From assembly GCA_002269645.1 (NCBI GenBank), contig NIVC01001712.1, positions 1 to 34,708 of the forward strand: DNA of 34,708 bases, read 5' to 3'. The DNA comes from Macrostomum lignano (taxonomy: Eukaryota). Within the stretch, counting starts at the first letter, position 1, and each line of letters opens with the position of its first letter. The notes beneath the pieces are model-generated. The model was given only the letters and a program-made list of their open reading frames with translations. It had not been told where the DNA came from and ran no database searches. Shown one piece after another: positions 32,839-34,708 of this stretch. The position numbers were made by a program, and so were the translations under genes.

Positions 32839-33600
32839 GCCAGCGACCCAGGCTCGATTCCAAATGCATTAATTTACATGTAAATTGTAATGTACTACAT
32901 GTAAATTTGAATCTCGGCTTGGCTCTGCTCGTGCAATTTAACGCCCAGCTTACATGCCTAACGAAGTGTACATGCCTAACGATTAACAGTAGAACTACCA
33001 AGGGGGGGGGGCCTTGGATTTTTTTGCTAGAGAAATCCGCATCAGGGTGTCCATAGTCACCCGGTGCCATAGCTGTTGAGGGTCCAGAAGCTCCACCTGG
33101 GTGAAGGCTAGTGACCAACGAAGTCAGAACTGATGCAGACACATGTGGTCGACGTGCTGATGAAATTTGGAGACTTGGCAAGGCTGCACTGAGGCGCAGT
33201 GCTGATTGGCGCACAGGGGTGTACTGAATACACTAGCGCTTATGGGAAAAATCCGACCTTCTGGCAGAATCGTCGAATATCTCGACGGTCCGGAGGGCTG
33301 GCGACTTGATTCTTGTTTGAGAAGGTGCGCAACAAAAAGTTAGCCCGTGTTCTTGAATTTCGTGTGCCTGCGTTGCTCCGTTCCGGCGCAGCAAAAAAAT
33401 TGTCAGGGGGGGGGAATTTTTCTACGGGAAAAATTAGATCGAGTCTCACAAAGTACGGGAAACTTCCCCCCCCCTTGGTAGTTCGACGGGCGGAAAAATG
33501 GCTTGGTATTCCTACTGTTTATAAAGTTAAGGCAACTATACACTCCTGCGTATGACTGCCGCTTAAAGTGCGCCAGGGTGCACGCAGCCTCCTGACTCTA
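32839..33600 (+). mobile_element. tRNA-derived SINE, family A copy 3 (5'-truncated, internally deleted), split by a TIR element, in the USP intron
   Basis: gccagcgacccaggctcgattcc...ggcttggctctgctcgtgcaattta...gtgtacatgcctaacga lies before 32987. tacactcctgcgtatgactg..cgcttaaagtgcgcc..cagcctcc lies after 33517 and matches copy 2. Confidence 0.75.
32987..33517. mobile_element. Non-autonomous TIR element (MITE-like, 531 bp), superfamily not assigned
   Basis: The left end cagtagaactaccaag matches the reverse complement of the right end cttggtattcctactg at 14/16. An inner perfect 19-bp inverted copy cccccccccttggtagttc lies at 33466-33484. It interrupts an otherwise colinear SINE. No clean TSD. 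Confidence 0.7.
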
Positions 33601-33647
33601 ATAGAAACGTAGCTGTGTAGCTCTCAAGGAATACAAATTTCACTCAC

Positions 33648-34708
33648 CTCTTCGGTCTTAGCTGCGGCATCGTCGTAGAAAAGACGCTTATTTAAACTGT
33701 TCAAAGACACCCAGATGTAGCTATACTCGGACGGCAGTACGGCGCCAACTTCGTCCGGGTCCATTAGCATTGCAGTGTCGCGAACAAAAGTACCGCTACG
33801 CGAGGCATACAAAGTGTAAGGCGGCGGTTCAACCTGCCGATCTGGGGCGTCCTGATGCCACCAATTCTTGTACGTGTCCGGCTCAGCCAAACGTTTGGAC
33901 GGATTATCCAGGAAACGGCTACAGCGTTCGGCTATGGCGCTACGCACGGCAGACTGCAGCACGCTGCCATCGTTAACTACTGGAAGTGCAACGGCGCCTG
34001 ACTCGGTTGCGTTGTCGTTGTCTTCTGGCGGAGGAGCGGCCTTGTCCATGTCCAATTCAAGCAGCATAGGCGTACCAAAGTACATAGTTGCAGCATAGGA
34101 CGCTCGAGAGGCCAGAGCTTCATCAAGAAAATAGACATATTTGAAACGAATTGGCGAGGTATTCGATTCTGTTTCGAATGGTTCGCGCAGTTCAAAAGCG
34201 TAGAATTGGCCGCGATCGCTAATATGTGAGTAAGTGTCGTTGGCAACTAAAAAACGGTGGAACTTGTGATAGTAGACTTCGCCAATTAATATACGATTTT
34301 TCGGTAATTGAAACATCTCACTAAGGCCTTGATAGGCCAGAGCCATGGTTCCGTCGGCGGCAGTGTCAGCTTGCACTTTACAGGCGGCAGGTTTGGATCG
34401 AGTCTCACAAAGTGGAACGTAAAACAGTGTTGATCTTGCGGCAGCGGCAAGCTTAAGTAGCAGAACGGATCAAAGGTGACACTAACCTTTTCGCATTCCG
34501 GACAGATAAGTGTCGATTTGAGCTGTCCGTGAAATAGATCAACAATAATAGAATCGTTTCGTAGCATATAGTTTTGCCAGGCTTCCTCAGCAACCACGGC
34601 GTCAGGTCGATTGTCAGCTTCCTTTATCTCTATGTAAGGCTTAGAGATAATTCGATTCAGATCCTCGTGTAGGCCGTCAAGCATAAAGGCCATCACTTCT
34701 TGACCGTC
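33648..34708 (-). CDS. USP4/11/15-type deubiquitinase, internal exon (begins beyond the window end), with one frame break near 34357
   Basis: [25 protein letters not shown]...[41 protein letters not shown], then [10 protein letters not shown] and YFGTPMLL. Donor GAG|GTGAGT at 33648/33647. Confidence 0.92.

Noticed and set aside
30965-33170. Hammerhead-like core words (ctgacgaaac at ~30973, ctgatga at ~33157)
   Set aside because: No flanking stems or correctly placed GAAA and cleavage triplet were found by eye.

Overview
Eukaryotic (invertebrate metazoan-like) genomic DNA, not prokaryotic. The lineage cannot be determined from the sequence. Five spliced or single-exon housekeeping genes all lie on the minus strand. 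From right to left they are: a USP4/11/15-type deubiquitinase (3' part), a divergent GFOD (Gfo/Idh/MocA) gene, a complete 6-exon DPP8/9 gene (864 aa reconstructed by hand, catalytic Ser/Asp/His intact), WDR4/TRM82, and the large first exon of TAF1. TAF1, WDR4 and USP carry single-base frame breaks, several at short homopolymers, which look like long-read consensus errors. The most notable structure is a 9,935-bp non-autonomous Helitron (5' TC at 9733, 3' GC hairpin + CTAG ending at 19667). It sits at an A|T junction of a 51-bp minisatellite inside DPP9 intron 4. It carries an 8.5-kb, 23-bp-monomer satellite with a 2,370-bp higher-order repeat, plus an 18-bp minisatellite. Also present: three copies of a modular tRNA-derived SINE (one interrupted by a TIR element with a doubled right end), one CORE-type SINE, and about ten unrelated mini/microsatellite families filling introns and spacers. 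Most long ORFs in the supplied track that overlap repeats are artefacts. All alignments and family assignments were made by eye and from memory; no searches were run.
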